Origin: Octopus bimaculoides | Lineage: Eukaryota | Length of the DNA: 64,000 nucleotides | Direction of reading: 5' to 3' | NCBI RefSeq assembly: GCF_001194135.2 | Contig: NC_068981.1 | Coordinates: forward strand, 147,468,268-147,532,267 | Part shown: piece after piece, positions 49,031-63,273 of the stretch | How the letters are laid out: each line of letters starts with the position of its first letter | Position numbering within the stretch: the stretch's first letter is position 1 | Notes under the pieces: generated by a model | The model's input: the letters and a program-made list of their open reading frames with translations, nothing else | What the model was told of the DNA's origin: nothing | The model's database searches: none | Translations under genes and position numbers: made by a program

Positions 49031-51624
49031 TAAAATAACCCAGTTTACCACAAAGTATTCCCCCCCCCCCATATGCAGAACAAAACCTAAAAGGATGTGA
49101 TGATCCTCAACTGCTACAATTTTCAACTTGGCTTTGCTCAGTTACTAAACTTTTATTAATGGAATCAATTGTGCTCAGATAATTTGCCGGATGTAATAAA
49201 CAATCAATTCCTCTGAATATTAATCAAACTTAGAAAATATATCATATTTATATATATTACTTTCATGCAATAGTAATATTATTTCAATAAATGAATATGT
49301 ATGATAATTGTTACAAAGTACTGGGTATGTCATTTTTTTTTAGATTTGTCAATTAGGATTTTAATTTCAGTCTGGCAGAAACAACTTCAGTTATTTATTT
49401 CAAAGCCTTTTAGCTGTGTGAAGTAACATGGTAATGTAAAAACATCTTAGCATTCTCTTAATTAAATAGAAAAGTAACTGGAAATCTTCATGCATGCCTG
49501 TTTCAGAGATAAATGTTTCCTCTTCAGAGTAAATGTACCCTTTATTTTTCAGTTATCCAGAGAACTAATGATTTAAATTGGTATGTATGTATATATCAAT
49601 AACTTGTAGCAAGAAATACTTATAAAATCAGCAAAAACAAAAAGAAAAAAAACACCTAACAACATGTTTGATTTGGAAATATGATTGTGATGATTAAATA
49701 TTTATTCCAACCAATTATTGCTCCATCATCTAGCTCCAGAATACCTGCAGTACTGGTCAGCTATGCAAGATAGAAGCAAATAATATTCTGAACAACTAAA
49801 GAAAACTTTTTAAAGTGAACCAAAACATTATAATAGCTATTGGCAGAACATTTAATAATTTGATACCATAATTTGTTATGCATCTTTTCACAAAACTATT
49901 GCTTGCGAGTAAAGCTTGCATTGAATTTTTGTTTATATTTAATTGAAAAAGGTTTGACAATTTTGTAGATTACAGCAAAATTATGGAACTGTTTTTAACA
50001 TAGGGAGCTTTCTTGAAGTAGATTCATGATTCTAATTTCAAAATAAATAACAGTTTATAAAAAAAATTCTAACAAATGTATGTGCTTCTTACAGTGGCCA
50101 TAATGGTAAATTCAAAGAAAGATATTGTAGCTTTTTTAATGAACAATTAAAGTTATTTTTTATGAATACTTAAGAAAAGCTATTGCAGCTTTTTTTTTTT
50201 CATGAATATTTAAGAAATATTAAGACATTCCCAATATTTTTACCTAAAAAACAGTTTACATATCTAAAAAGGATGGTTGATCATCAGAGACTTATTCCTG
50301 AATATGTAACAAGGGCTCAAATTGGATTCTATACCAAGAGTCATATAATGTTTGTAATAGTTATTGTTGCATTTTCAGGTTATTTGAATTCATCTTTTAG
50401 TAACAGCAGCCATACTGATTCAAGTCTGAGATATCAATATTGTAAAATGTAGATTCTAAAAAATGTTAATAGTCTAGGAAATAATCTTAGTTAATCTTAC
50501 ACATTTAGGGATGGATGTGAATATAATGAAATAAGGTTTATATAAGTTTCACGAGGCACACAATGGTTCCAAATTCCATCAGTCTTGCAGCTCATAAATA
50601 CTGTCAATAACAAAGGAGCTAAAGAAAGAATAAATTTACAAAAACTACAGCAATGGGAAGAGAGCAATGTTTTGTATATTGAACAACCAGTCTAAACACA
50701 CCGGTTTTGTAACGATGAATTCATAATAGCAGTAGATATTATTTGAAGATGACACTCCAAGATTTTAGCTGTGATGGCTAAAATAAAGAATAAACATTAC
50801 CAAATGAGCTAGAGTACAGTAACTAAAATTCTTAGAAATGGGAGAACTTCTATTCATGTTACTCCAAATGCATGTGTGTGTGTATGTATGTGTGTGTGTG
50901 TGTGTGCATGTGAATAAATGATGTGTGTGGGTGTGTATATAATGTCTGAGCGCATGCATTTGCATGTATTTAGTACAAAAATATGAAAATACTCAATACA
51001 CCTTTGTTTTAAGGGCTTATTGCCTAGAGATGTATTTCACACGAGTTAATCCATAACTTCTGCCAGTTATGTTGCATGAACACATGCACACTTACACACA
51101 AACACATTTATACACATGCACACATACAAATACATATACATATATACATACATTTGTACATACAACACAGGTAGATTGCTATAAGTGGAATTGTAAATTA
51201 AGAGAAAACAAAGCTTAACTTTGACACGGAGCTTAAATCTGATTATGTCAGTTTCTGGCAGAGATTTTGGTTGAAAACTACAATAATTAAAGCTTTTATT
51301 ACCCAGAAAATTTATGCCACAATAGTCAGTTGTCATAGTATGGATATTCTGACACCAGTGCTGAAGAAGAATGGACAGGGGGTAGATTATACATACACAG
51401 AGAAAAAAGAAAAACATCCACCTAGATTAATACTAGCATCCATTATGGTAACCTAATTAAAGATTTAAATATTTCATACAATTCTGCATCTGACATATGA
51501 TTAACTTGTAAGAAAGCAGATTACATATAAACCAAGCATACACACGTGAACATTCCAATTTATTTAATTTGAAACAATTGGTTCCTATAGGATTAGTTAT
51601 AATAAAATAAATATATCACAAAGT

Positions 51625-51900
51625 TATGACGTGCTGTGTGGTTAAGAAGCCTGCTTTGTAACCATGCAGTTACAGGTTCAATCCCACAATATAGCATCTT
51701 GGACAAGTGTCTTTTACTGTAATCCCAGGTCAATCAATGCCTTATGAGTGAATTTGTTAGACAGAAACTATGAAAACCCATTGTATGTGTACATACACAC
51801 ACACACATGGGTGGGCGTATCTTTGTGTTTGTCCACCATTACTGTTTGACAACCAGTGTTTTTGTCCCCTTAACTTAGCAGTTCCACTAAGATAGTGATA
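51625..51900 (+). mobile_element. CORE SINE tail type A, 3' truncated
   Basis: gctgtgtggttaagaagcc...cttggacaagtgtc...taacttagcagttcc. Confidence 0.7.
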
Positions 51901-52300
51901 AATATTCTCATAATTCCACAATATTGTTTTGTAATATGCTGTCCAGAATTTGTACAAATAAAGTGTTCTCCACAAAGGATAAAAAAACCATGCAACATAT
52001 GCAATGCATGTCTACATATGTGTGTGCGTATGGTTGAAGATAAATTTTCTTACATGAAGTTAAAATTATTTCATGTCTTTTTTATTTCAATATCTGTCGA
52101 AAATTTAGTTAGGACAAAATTACTATTACCTATTTTTCAAATGAAGAAACATCTTTTTTGACAAAAAAATCTACAATTAATATAAATCTTAAAAGCAAAG
52201 GAAGAACATTAAAACTGAGAATGAAGGCTTAGTATTAAATATGCTTCTGACGATCCACTGTTCTCAAACATATAATTTAAATGTAAGAGTAAGATTATTA

Positions 52301-52582
52301 CAAGGGGGTGCAAAAAAGTTCCTGGCTTTAAGGGTATCATGAAAGGCCTAGTTGGAAGCTCAACATTCCGAGGTTTTTTTACAGGGCATAGAAAAACTGA
52401 AGGACCGTNNNNNNNNNNNNNNNNNNNNNNNNNNNNNNNNNNNNNNNNNNNNNNNNNNNNNNNNNNNNNNNNNGGGAATATCATTATCATCATAATCATT
52501 TAACATCCACTTTCTATCATAATTAACTGATCCTCCTGTATTTTCTTTTAACCAAAGCCAGGAACTTTTCAGCACCCCCTCA
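52301..52582. mobile_element. Non-autonomous mariner-type element (interior contains a gap)
   Basis: TIRs caagggggtgcaaaaaagttcctggcttt / rc tgagggggtgctgaaaagttcctggcttt; TA on both sides. Confidence 0.8.
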
Positions 52583-54377
52583 TACATAACGCAACATTCA
52601 GAAAATGTTTCCTTCAGATAATTAGTACACTTAATATTTCAAACAGTAACTCAATATTTATTAACTATCTAAAAATAATGACTGATCAGACATTAAGTGC
52701 AAGACAGGTATATTATCTTTCGCACAGTACTCTTTTACAGGTAGAGTACTTATTCTTCAGTTAAATAAATTCATATGAATACCAAACAAAAGTAAGTCTC
52801 TTACACAGTCACTTGAACTGCTGAGAATATCAGCAAAATCCTCCTCAAATAACATGAAAGAAAAGGACATAATGATAAATGTAGTTCTAGATGCATCACC
52901 ATCATTTAATGTCTGCCTTTCACGCTGGCATGGGTTGGGTGATTTGACAGGAACTAGGGATCCAGAGGATTGTTGCCAAGTTCTACAGTATGCTTAGGAA
53001 TGGATCCTATGACTGAATGCCAACCACTTTGCAGAATGTACAGGTTTTTTTTTTTTTTTTTACATGACACCAAGAGCAATAGCTTACAAAGTAACTTACA
53101 AAGCCAACTCAAACAATAGTGACTAGTATTGAGGGAGGTGGTTTTGTGCCAGGTGATGAGACATTAGAGTATGATAAAGGAACAAAAACAGGTGTCTTGC
53201 ACTGAAACAAAGACAAGGTGATTGGGGCTGGAACATCTTCAGAGATGACTTAGGGATGAACTATCAAGTGAGAAGAATATAATTAAATGTCTTGCTCAGA
53301 GTCAAGGAAACCAGACTCACAACTCAGGAATCATGTATACTTATACTACGTTCACTCCATTTCAACAAACAAAAGTTTCCTCTCCAAAATAATCCTGCCT
53401 TGATAAACAAAAATATATCACTTTAGTGGTATATTTTTCTCATTAGGAGAAAATTATTTTACATACAAATAAAGAGCCCTCCCCACTCCCAAGAAATGTA
53501 ACAAATACTACTGAAGTAACCATAATGTCTAAAACTAACGATCTATAAAGAACAACTAATTATTATCACAATATTTAGTACTGATTATGAATGAAGAATT
53601 AAATTTCTACACAGTTTAACAAATTCAAACCTGGCAGATGTTGACTGAAAATATGTGTTTTAGCAGAAAACTGCTACCAAACAGTTCCTGATTACTTATC
53701 AGGAGTTTGTTTCTGTAGAAAATAAAGCTAAGAATGTTGTTTTTGAACACAATTTTTAAAAATAATGACAGAATGAAAATGATTTAACACAGCGTGTTCA
53801 ACTCTTAAAATCAATGAAAGCTTGTTAGCTTTAGATAGATAAATCAAAATGATATAAGCTACTGCAAATATTGATAGGTATGTATTAAAAACAAGATAAA
53901 TATAAAAAAAGGCCCACAATTACAAACAAATTTTACAAAAGAAATAAGGAAACAATTCAATATCTAGATTAATTAAAAAACAAAATTGAAAGGAAAACAG
54001 TTAACTTATTGTATAAGTAAAAGTGTTAATACTTGTGAATATTTTCCTACTTTTAACTAAGACAGATAGAATCTTGTGTTAATCTATAGAAACAGTTTTT
54101 AAAGGTATTCTGTATTTAAAGAGCTTCTCCCTCAAACCCAGCATTATCAACATCAACCTTGACAATGTCAATCTCAATAACATCAGCCTCAATTTCTTAT
54201 CAGCATCAATCCCATTAATGTCAATCTTGGTTACATTGTTATCTGTTTCAAGTATGTTATTTTCATTTATTTTAATTTCATTATTGTCAACTTAAATTTA
54301 TTGTTTATCAGCAATATAATTCATCAACCATCATGGACAACCAAAAGAACAGAATTTCAAATGAAGTTAGAAGAGTA

Positions 54378-54549
54378 CCATACCTGATGGCATAAAAGAC
54401 GCAAAGACATAAGATAGACCCCAATTTCAGCAGAACATATTCAGAAGTTTTTAGAGCACTTAAGCATGTAATATACAGCCCAATTATGCATATAGGACCC
54501 AGGGCAATTCTTTCTGAAAAAAGTGCATCTCATATGCCTTCAAATACAG
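54378..54549. mobile_element. TA-flanked MITE (Tc1/mariner superfamily-like), copy 1
   Basis: Ends ccatacctgatggcataaaagacgc / gcatctcatatgccttcaaatacag are imperfect inverted repeats; colinear with 62045-62237. Confidence 0.6.
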
Positions 54550-55144
54550 TAATTGCATCAAATTATAATGAAGAATGTACTATATCTGAAACTACATCTC
54601 TATTCCTTAGACAAGTGTTCAAACTATTTTTCAAATATATAAAGAGGAAGGCCATATTGAACAAAAGAATCAAGGTGGTTTTTCAAAAACTAAAATTTTC
54701 ATAAGAAATGGAAAATTTCATATAAATATCAGATGAAAAATGTTATATATCTTTAAATATGCTATCCAAGATTATTTTTGTGCGGTTGTCAAAAACAAGT
54801 GTTGATAAATACTTTAAAAGTTTCCATTACACCTTCAAGAGGTGTATAGTGATTTCTGAAAGAGCTTTAACTACAGAGAACATTACATGGAAAATAAGTT
54901 ATGTCAGAGAATTCCAAGAATTTTTGGCAGAAAAGTCTGAGAGGAAAATAATTTTCATTATATGAAGTCTAAATATGATAGAGGAAAAACTGGACAATCT
55001 CTGTGAGGACAGCATTTGGATTGTATTCCCAAAATGTGAAGTATATGTTGTGCCATGAACAAAAATGGGGAGATCTACTATAAAGAGAGAACTGGCACCT
55101 TTAACATTGAATATTTTATTGACGCAAGCACAATGTCCACTTTC

Positions 55145-55330
55145 CTACACTTGCAGGAGTCAGATGGAATTCAATGAGGCAGATTTTCTACAACAAGATG
55201 CCTATCATTACCCCTCACCTATTTCCAAGCAAAGCAATATTCTTCATGGCAAGTCATTTCATAGTAGATTGGAAATGAATGACACTATTTATATAATGGT
55301 GATACCGATTTACAAGTATCACACCCAAAC
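55145..55330 (-). mobile_element. SINE type B tail fragment
   Basis: atgtccacttt...gaggcagattttctac...ccctcacctatttccaagcaaagcaatatt. Confidence 0.65.
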
Positions 55331-57243
55331 AAATATGGTTTCTGATCTTTCAATCCCCACTGGTTATGTACCTTTGCACCCAGGTCATCTTGCTTCTTGC
55401 CCCTAAATACCTGAACAAAGTATAATATAATCAAGTAAAAACCCCTGGAAACTGTGCCTTAGTATTGCTATAGTCCAATGAGTGAAGTCAGTAAATGAGT
55501 TATAGAAGATATATTAGTTTCTAAAATATCTGCAACTAAATAAAGACAAGTTGTAAACTTAATTAGATATAACTGGAAAAGTAGAATAAAAAATTGCCTC
55601 TCATTTAACAGTAATTGTTCTGCTGGGAAACAGAAAGTAGTAAATATTAGTTAACTTAGAGATTTGGGAAAACCTGTAAAGATACAGCAAAGAAAACAGA
55701 TTTCAATCAACAAAAAAGATTTACACTACTGATTTATATAAATGCTTCCTTGCTATATGCCTAGCTAGCAGTAAAGCATTATTAAGGCAACAGATCATGG
55801 TGGTAGGAATCTGACTAGCAAACATAATAACATTCAAATATTCATTTAGTTAAACAGAATAAAAACCCTATAGCACACATAAAAGAAAGGAAAACAAAAT
55901 ACCAAATGGTTAATTAGAAAGGCTCTTATTGATAACAATCAATAATCTCCCAACAGGGAGAACTTAAAATTATGAGCATTTGCTTTCATTTCAATATTAT
56001 TTTACTGGAAGAGAGAAAAAAAGTTCTATACTTGATTTCTATGTATTTCAAAATTCCATTAAATATCCTTATTCATATTACAATTATTATAGAAGCAGCC
56101 AAATTTATTTTTTGACATCCATGTCAATATGAAACAATTTGAATGCTAAAAATAAGCTGGATTATAGATTAAAATGTAAAGTAAAAATTAATGGGATGTC
56201 AGATCAAATATGATTGATTTCAAACTGTTAAGGACTACTAATTATACATACAACTTGATAACTAATATACACATGCCTGAGGAAACCAGCCATATAACTT
56301 AATAGTAACATGCACTAGCTTATGTAATTCACTTCAAATGGCTACCAAAATACTTATCTTTTCAGTTAGTTTTTTTTTTCTCCAACTAGACAAACATTGA
56401 TTTGATTAAATTACAATCATATTTGTATTGATGTTAATCATAATAACTTCCTAATTAGAGGTGAAGGCTTTTTGAAAGGCAATAGAATTAACTGAGGGTT
56501 CATTAGAAATAAGATGCAACTTGTTCAATGCAATACAAACTCACTACATATGAGCCTCACCTGCTGCTATTGTATACATTTGGCTGTCAATGACAGTCAA
56601 TTTTTTTTTTCAAAACAAGATAAGTCTGCATAACTATTTCACTGCAACAAAACAAAAGGTTGGTCAAGGAATCTCCTGGCTTTCAGATCTTGAAGTAGAC
56701 AATAAAGGATAATACACATCTGGAATTAACAGGAAAGAAACACCTGTTTGTTAACACCAATATTAAAACATGCTTATCAAATGCTGGCATAAGAAGGGTG
56801 TCTTAGAAAAAAAATTTAATTATTTCCACAGCTTTTGGGCAATTGTTCTTACAGCTGAATACCCTTCATACTTCTAAATACTGAAATACGAAGCAAACAG
56901 TTGTATCAAATATGAAGCAAGCAGTTATGTGCTGCTGGCAGATTCAATACCAAGCATAACAGAATATATGTCAGAGACAACTCTTAGTACTTAGGAGAGC
57001 ACATACAATGTTATGAGTCAAAGCTATATAACTGAAGTAGGTTATGCAGAGCATGTATTCACTATCATTTGAGCTGTATCTTGTAAAAATATATGATTTA
57101 TATAAAATCTGCTCAACTACATTAACCTATCAGATCCTGCATTAAGAAACGCTTACCCAATCCTTTCTTTCCTTCTTTGTTTAAAACAATAGAGTGTAGT
57201 GAGAAAGATTTGGTAATAATTTCATACACAATTAATTACATGA

Positions 57244-57276
<33 letters not shown>

Positions 57277-57314
57277 TTCATGCCAAAATAAATACACATG
57301 GAAAAGTACTTATA

Positions 57315-58680
57315 AACTGCTGCTATGAGACAAACACAGCAGGTGTAAACAAACAGTTGAAGATCTCTCTCTCTCTTTAGAAAGTTGCTCGCAAACAGGT
57401 TTCCTAACAACATATTTCAAAGCTACATAGCATCCACTGACCATCTACATTGATTTTTGAAATTGTAATCATGTCTTGTCAAAACTACATTTTAAAAAGA
57501 TATACTTATTTAATAGAAAGTTACAGATAAAAAAACTAAGCTTTAAATTAAAGAATAATGTTGATGCTAACAGTAACTGCCTAAATTCTTTAAGATAATG
57601 AGGTAGCAGTTTTAAGACAAAAAAAAAAAAAAATTATTTTTTAATGAAGGAAAAGGTAAGCAAATTATAAGATTATTTTCTAAGAAGGCCATTATCAAGA
57701 CAAAGTAAATATCAGGTAATAACTAAATTAAAACACACTCATAATTAATTATAATTGGACTTACTGGGTACAAAAGAGAGGGTTCTAATGTTTGGTCATA
57801 TTATTTCAATGGAAATCATAAATATTCTGTTGCAAGCTATAAAGTTTAGTGAAGAATGAAAGACTGTGTTGCTAACTATATTTCTGATAATCAAAAATGT
57901 ATAAGAAAACAAGATCAATAACTGAAGAAAATACATGTTCTGCTGGAGATCTAACTTTGGATCAACCTTACTGATTAAAACATGACAGATTTGTTATGAA
58001 ATTCAGTATTCTCTTACAATAAAGCCAACATTCAGAATATTTGAGAAGAAAAATACAAAGGTTTGCCTGAGTGATAACTGTTGCACCTGACATAAGTGAG
58101 AGTTGGCAGTTGAAAAGATCAAAAGCTAGTGATAAAACATACTAGTTGTACTAAAAGAGCTTCCCTATAGCAACTAGAATAATGTAATTCTGTAATGTTG
58201 TTTCAGCATACAGCAGACAGGGGGAAAAAAAAAAAAGACAAACAAACACGTAAAAGAGAGAGAGAGAGGAGGTTCTCTTTCTTTCTCTTCTCTCACATAA
58301 ACACACTTTATTATAAGAGACTGCAGACAGGAAATCATGTGAAAAAGTGTTACAGGAGTAGAAAGCAAGCCTGACAAGGCTCATAAAAGTCTGCCTGACA
58401 TCTCTAAAGTGCATAAAAGAAGGAATGGGATGCTCACTTAAAAAATGAGCTAGACCCACTGCTGCTACGAGCCAACTATAGCAGGTATGAATAAACAGCC
58501 TTGGATAACACACACACACACACACACACACACGCTTATTAACAGGTTTCATAACAACTCTTTTCAAAGCTACATAACATCCATTGAGTATAAAATTATG
58601 ATTGTCTCTCATCAAAACTACCTTACAAATAAAAAGAAACCTGTTCAATGATGTATTAAAGCTATAAGGTGGGAATAATT
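57315..58680. repeat. Local diverged direct duplication of about 240 bp (57315-57555 and 58458-58680)
   Basis: actgctgctatgagacaaacacagcaggtgtaa vs actgctgctacgagccaactatagcaggtatga, and aacaggtttc.taacaac...tttcaaagctacata.catcca.tga in both copies. Confidence 0.7.
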
Positions 58681-58734
58681 GCGAAGTATTCGGGGGGGGG
58701 GGGGAATATAACTAATTCTAATATTAGCACAGGA

Positions 58735-58935
58735 CCACAAAATCTGTGGGTTGGGAAGTATACATTTGCTTAAATCAATCCTATTATTTGACAGGTACTT
58801 ATTTTATCACCCTGCCCTCAAACAGAGGAATGAAAGGCAAATTTGACCCTGGACAGAGGAGAGATGAAAGTCAACCCTTAGAAATGTAAACGGACACGAC
58901 TAAATACCACAAGGCATTTTATCTGCCACTCTACT
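58735..58935 (-). mobile_element. Meta-domain-like SINE, decayed, with internal duplication
   Basis: aggtacttattttatcaccc...gaatgaaaggcaaatttgacc...taaataccacaaggcattttatctgcc. Confidence 0.6.
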
Positions 58936-60614
58936 ATATCTGCTATATCCTACACAGTACTGGCATTTATTTATCAAACTGAACCAACACAGAAGGCTTC
59001 AGTTCCTATGAAAGTAATTCTAATTCATAATCACTGTTGCTTGGATAGTGATGGTGTTACTTTACATAGTCAACCCTGAATGAACTGGCCTATGAGAAAA
59101 GTATACTAGTTAAGATCATCTTATCTTTTCAGACAGTTTATCTTATATTTACATCATTTAATATGTCTTTCCTCTCGCTCGCTCTTTTTTTTTTTTTTTT
59201 TTTTTTTCAAACACAGTAGTTTGTGATTTTAGAGATTCAGCTGGTATTTCTAGTAGATCAAATGCTGTTTCATTAGCTTGTAGGACTGCCATTTGAATAC
59301 TCTGCTACTTCCTACATCAGTGAAGGCAGGCAGTAAAGTACTGATACTTACACAACTAACATTTTCTCTTTTTTTATTCACTTAATACTTTAACAAATCA
59401 TAATGAAAGTGCTTTTGATTCAGTAATTTCATTTTATTTCATTTTATTCAGAGATTCAGTCATAATGTTTGAAGTCTATAATACTAAAATTATGGAAGTC
59501 ACTTGAGTATTGAATTCATAATTTAAGAAAAAAAAAAAAAAGAGAAGCCAAACTAATATAACATATGGACTTAATATAAATGTCAAAAGAAATATTTGCA
59601 TTAATCTTAGTTTCATAATTTCCCATTTTAATTATTAAAAAAATAATAATTTGGAAAATAAAATAAATCCAAAAACAATGTTTAATCATAATGGAACTTG
59701 GAAAAAGAAAAATTTTAAGTGTCTTAATATGTATATAATTTTCAGATAATTAGATTTGAGAGACAGTTTTTGAGAAGGTGGAAGGTTTAGTAAAATAGAG
59801 AAGACAAGAAATGAACACAACACTACCCTCATAAATGCTAGTTATCCAAAAAGAAAAAAAAAAAAGAGTGTGTATGTGTGTATGCATATAGATCTTGAGT
59901 TAATTACTGAAACTACATTTTTGAAATAGGCACATCTAGAATAGCAGAAAAAATTGGTGAATGCCATTTTAATAATATCTATAGACCCAACTATTTTGAT
60001 TAAGTAGTTTTAAGTAGAAGAGACTGAATTTATATTGATGTTAACTCTATAAGAAAGATAGCGGAAATTGATTTTTTTTTTATATACATATATAATGTTG
60101 TTGTTTTTATTTCAGATAAAGAAAAAGAGAGGAATCACTAAATTTAGTTTTCCAATCAGATTTTATCATTTGTACCAGTTTATTTTTGAACTACAACTAG
60201 AAGATATACTAGGATAATAATAAAACAATAAAAAGAAACGGAACTTTATAACGTTATCTATATTAAATAATAAATTACAAAAGAAATGTGCAATGAAGTA
60301 AATGTAGTAATATATGTCAGTTAAGAAAATAAGTAAGAACCAATGTTTTATTTTCTCAAAAAAAAAAATCTTAACATACAGTTTGTCATGAAATCTGACT
60401 TAATAAATATGATTAATAAAAGTCAAGACTTTATTACTAAAAACTAACACGACCGAAATAGAATCTAATCCAAGACTAAACCAGAAACATTTTTAGGACT
60501 ATGACTAGCAGTGTGGTGATAAACAAATGAGAATGTATGTACAATATCATATATGTGCTTTGGTCTTAGGTTTGTTTATTACTTTACAACAAACTATTTC
60601 AAACTGCATGATTC

Positions 60615-60850
60615 CCAGAGTAGGCATCTTCTATTCTAGTCTTATGTAGACCAATGTCTTGTGAAAGAAATTTGGTAGATGGAAACTGCAGAGCTTTTGT
60701 GTATGAGTGAGTGTGATTGTCTTTATGTTAAATGTGTATCTTGGTTATGCAATGAATAGAGGCTAACAAAGTGCTGGGGTCAATATGATTAATTAAAAAA
60801 ACCCTAAAGGAGTTGCCCCAGCAAGGTCACAGTCTAATGACTGAAACTAA
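60615..60850 (+). mobile_element. CORE SINE tail type A, decayed
   Basis: ccaatgtcttgtgaaagaaatttggtagatggaaactg...gtgctggggtcaat...cagcaaggtcacagtctaatgactgaaac. Confidence 0.65.
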
Positions 60851-61765
60851 TGAAAAACCATACAAACTTCTAACAAGAAATTTATTGTTTCAAACAGTAT
60901 TTTAGAAAGCAAACAGCCAAGTTAACTTCATGAAATAATAGAATGAACAGAGATATTTACTTACAGAAACGTAAGGAATAACAAATAGGAACTGATGAGA
61001 TTCTTAAAATTACAAGGCATGAAAGTGAAAAGTTGTTGTGCTCAAAAACTCTACAGGACCCAATTCTGAAAGGATCAACTTCCTATCTCATTAGAATATT
61101 TAAACTGAATGATTGATGCCACTTTTCAACTCAGCATAAATTACATCCATCTTAACTGTTCATTCTGGTTTTGTCTTTTTATTTTCTCTTGAAAATTTCA
61201 TCAAAACCAACTCACACTAAATTTTGTTATTTAACATTAATCTTTCACAACCATAAAGTTATCATAAAGCTGGAGTTGCTGAAAATTTAAATAAATAATC
61301 AAAAATTTACTAGAATACTGCAAGATTTATCAAAGAAGACCAATATTTTTTTTATGTCAAAGCAAAAGAGTTAACTGGTGTGACTCAAAATCACAATGAA
61401 AGTTCTGTAGTTCTCAATTCAAAATTTAGTTATTCACTAGGATATTTCACTTGCTAGATATTACTAAATAGTGATAAAGTATTACCCTTAAACAATTCAT
61501 AGCCAGAATTAGCTACATACAAAAGCAGTTTTACACCTCCCTTCCATGGGTGTAGAAGCCAGCAAATGAATACTTCTATCAACAAAAAAACAATATTTTA
61601 ATCACACAAACTACTGACTAAACTGTTTCAATAAGAAACTATCTGTTTGATCAACAGGGCCGCCATTACTGAAAATATTGAATCTCTAAGTTCAATAAGG
61701 TTTCATCATATCTAACTTAACCACTGCTATAACAGATGACTTTCTTTAGAAATTGGTGCCTTTAA

Positions 61766-61987
61766 CCTTTCATTACCATATATTTCTGTTGAAATAGACT
61801 GCCTTTCTTCCAATTAATTTTGAAAATAATGAAGAATTTAGTAAAATGAATTAGTCATTGTTAAGCTGGTGTCTGAAACATAAACTAAGATGAAATTTTG
61901 ACGGAAAGTTTAAATATAAATCATTTTGAAATAGAAGTTTGTATCATAGAACCAGAGGTAGTCTCAGGTGGATCAGTATCAAAAGAG
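61766..61987. mobile_element. piggyBac-type MITE, second family
   Basis: TTAA at 61762-61765 and 61988-61991; imperfect terminal repeats cctttcattacc / gtatcaaaagag. Confidence 0.5.
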
Positions 61988-62044
61988 TTAATCTCATGAA
62001 CAACTCCAACCTACACCATGTTTCACTAAACTCTGCACCAAGTA

Positions 62045-62237
62045 CTTCATTTGATGGCATAAAAGATGCCAAGGGCATGTCAGATGTAACCCCAATTTCA
62101 ACAGTACATATTCAGAAAAAGATATCTTCAGTTCATTAAAAGTATGTAATATAGGTCCAATTTCCCATATAAGACCTGGAGTGAATTTCTGAGACATTTT
62201 TTGGGGAAAACTACACATCTTATATGCCATCAAATAG
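62045..62237. mobile_element. TA-flanked MITE, copy 2
   Basis: tttgatggcataaaagatgc / acatcttatatgccatcaaa inverted ends; TA at 62043-62044 and 62238-62239; homologous to 54378-54549. Confidence 0.65.
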
Positions 62238-62339
62238 TAGCTCTCTTCAGAGAGCTTGTCTGCAGAACTCCACCATCCCTGTTTGATTTTCTAGACAATA
62301 TTCATACTCTCCACACCCCACATGAACTCAACTCTTTAA

Positions 62340-62540
62340 CCCTTTAGAATTTAAACTGGCCATATCCTGCCAAAATATCCCACCTGTTTTCTGTTCAAAC
62401 TGGCCAGATCTGGTCTCTCACACCAACCCTACAATATCATTCTAAAAATTAACAGTTACCTCATCAAATTCTCAAAGCTACAAAATAATATATGATTAAT
62501 TCAAAACAATGTTTGAGAGAATAATGTGAATGCTAAAGGA
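62340..62540. mobile_element. piggyBac-type MITE, same family as 43312-43540
   Basis: ttaa-ccctttagaatttaaactggccatatcc...aatgctaaagga; right TSD degraded. Confidence 0.8.
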
Positions 62541-63240
62541 CAAAACCAAGAGCACTATAATTAAGCTATGGACAAGGGTGTCTTTACTTTCAAGTACAAT
62601 ACTCAAAATTTAAAATGGCTTCTACAAAGAGTACAGAGTAATACATCACATCACATTACAACAATATTTCCATGTTTATATTCTATATAAACAACCGGTA
62701 CTATTCTGATATTAAGCCAATTGGGAGTTTCCAAGCCACAAATAACAATTTCTCACAACTCCTCTTGTTAAGTGCCTTTATTTAACTACAAACCAACACC
62801 ATCGAATATACGTTTAATTCTGAACTATTTCATCAGGTTATTCTCAAGAAGGCACTATTAGCTGTAACTTCAACTTTCAGCTTTAAATAGGTAATACAAA
62901 CAGATTTACATTGAAAATTCAAAGAAAAGTATATTTCATTTAATATATTGCAACTCCTTAGCTTTTCACTTCAAATTTCACAATATCATACAAAATATAA
63001 CTAAACTTCCATATATATAAAAATTTTAACTTTCTAATAATGCGGCAGATAATGCCTGAATCTGGTTAATTGAATAAAATAAAATTTGCCTGAACCATTT
63101 GTTTTTTTTTCTTTTTTGTTGACTGAAATATTTGTTTGGCAATTCCTGACATGCAGAGCTAAAATTAGGTGGAAAAAAAAAAAAAAAAAGTTATTCAGCT
63201 TAAACATATCAAATATAAATTTTAAAATATCACATTACTG

Positions 63241-63273
<33 letters not shown>

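Noticed and set aside
54138-54232. Apparent (I/V)-(D/E) dipeptide repeat on the minus strand
   Set aside because: It is a decayed (ATTGAT)n-type hexamer, and the pattern switches frame midway.
55601-55630. VIVLLGNR resembling the small-GTPase G4 motif
   Set aside because: It lacks NKxD, a stop follows immediately, the donor is weak, and no other GTPase motifs are found.
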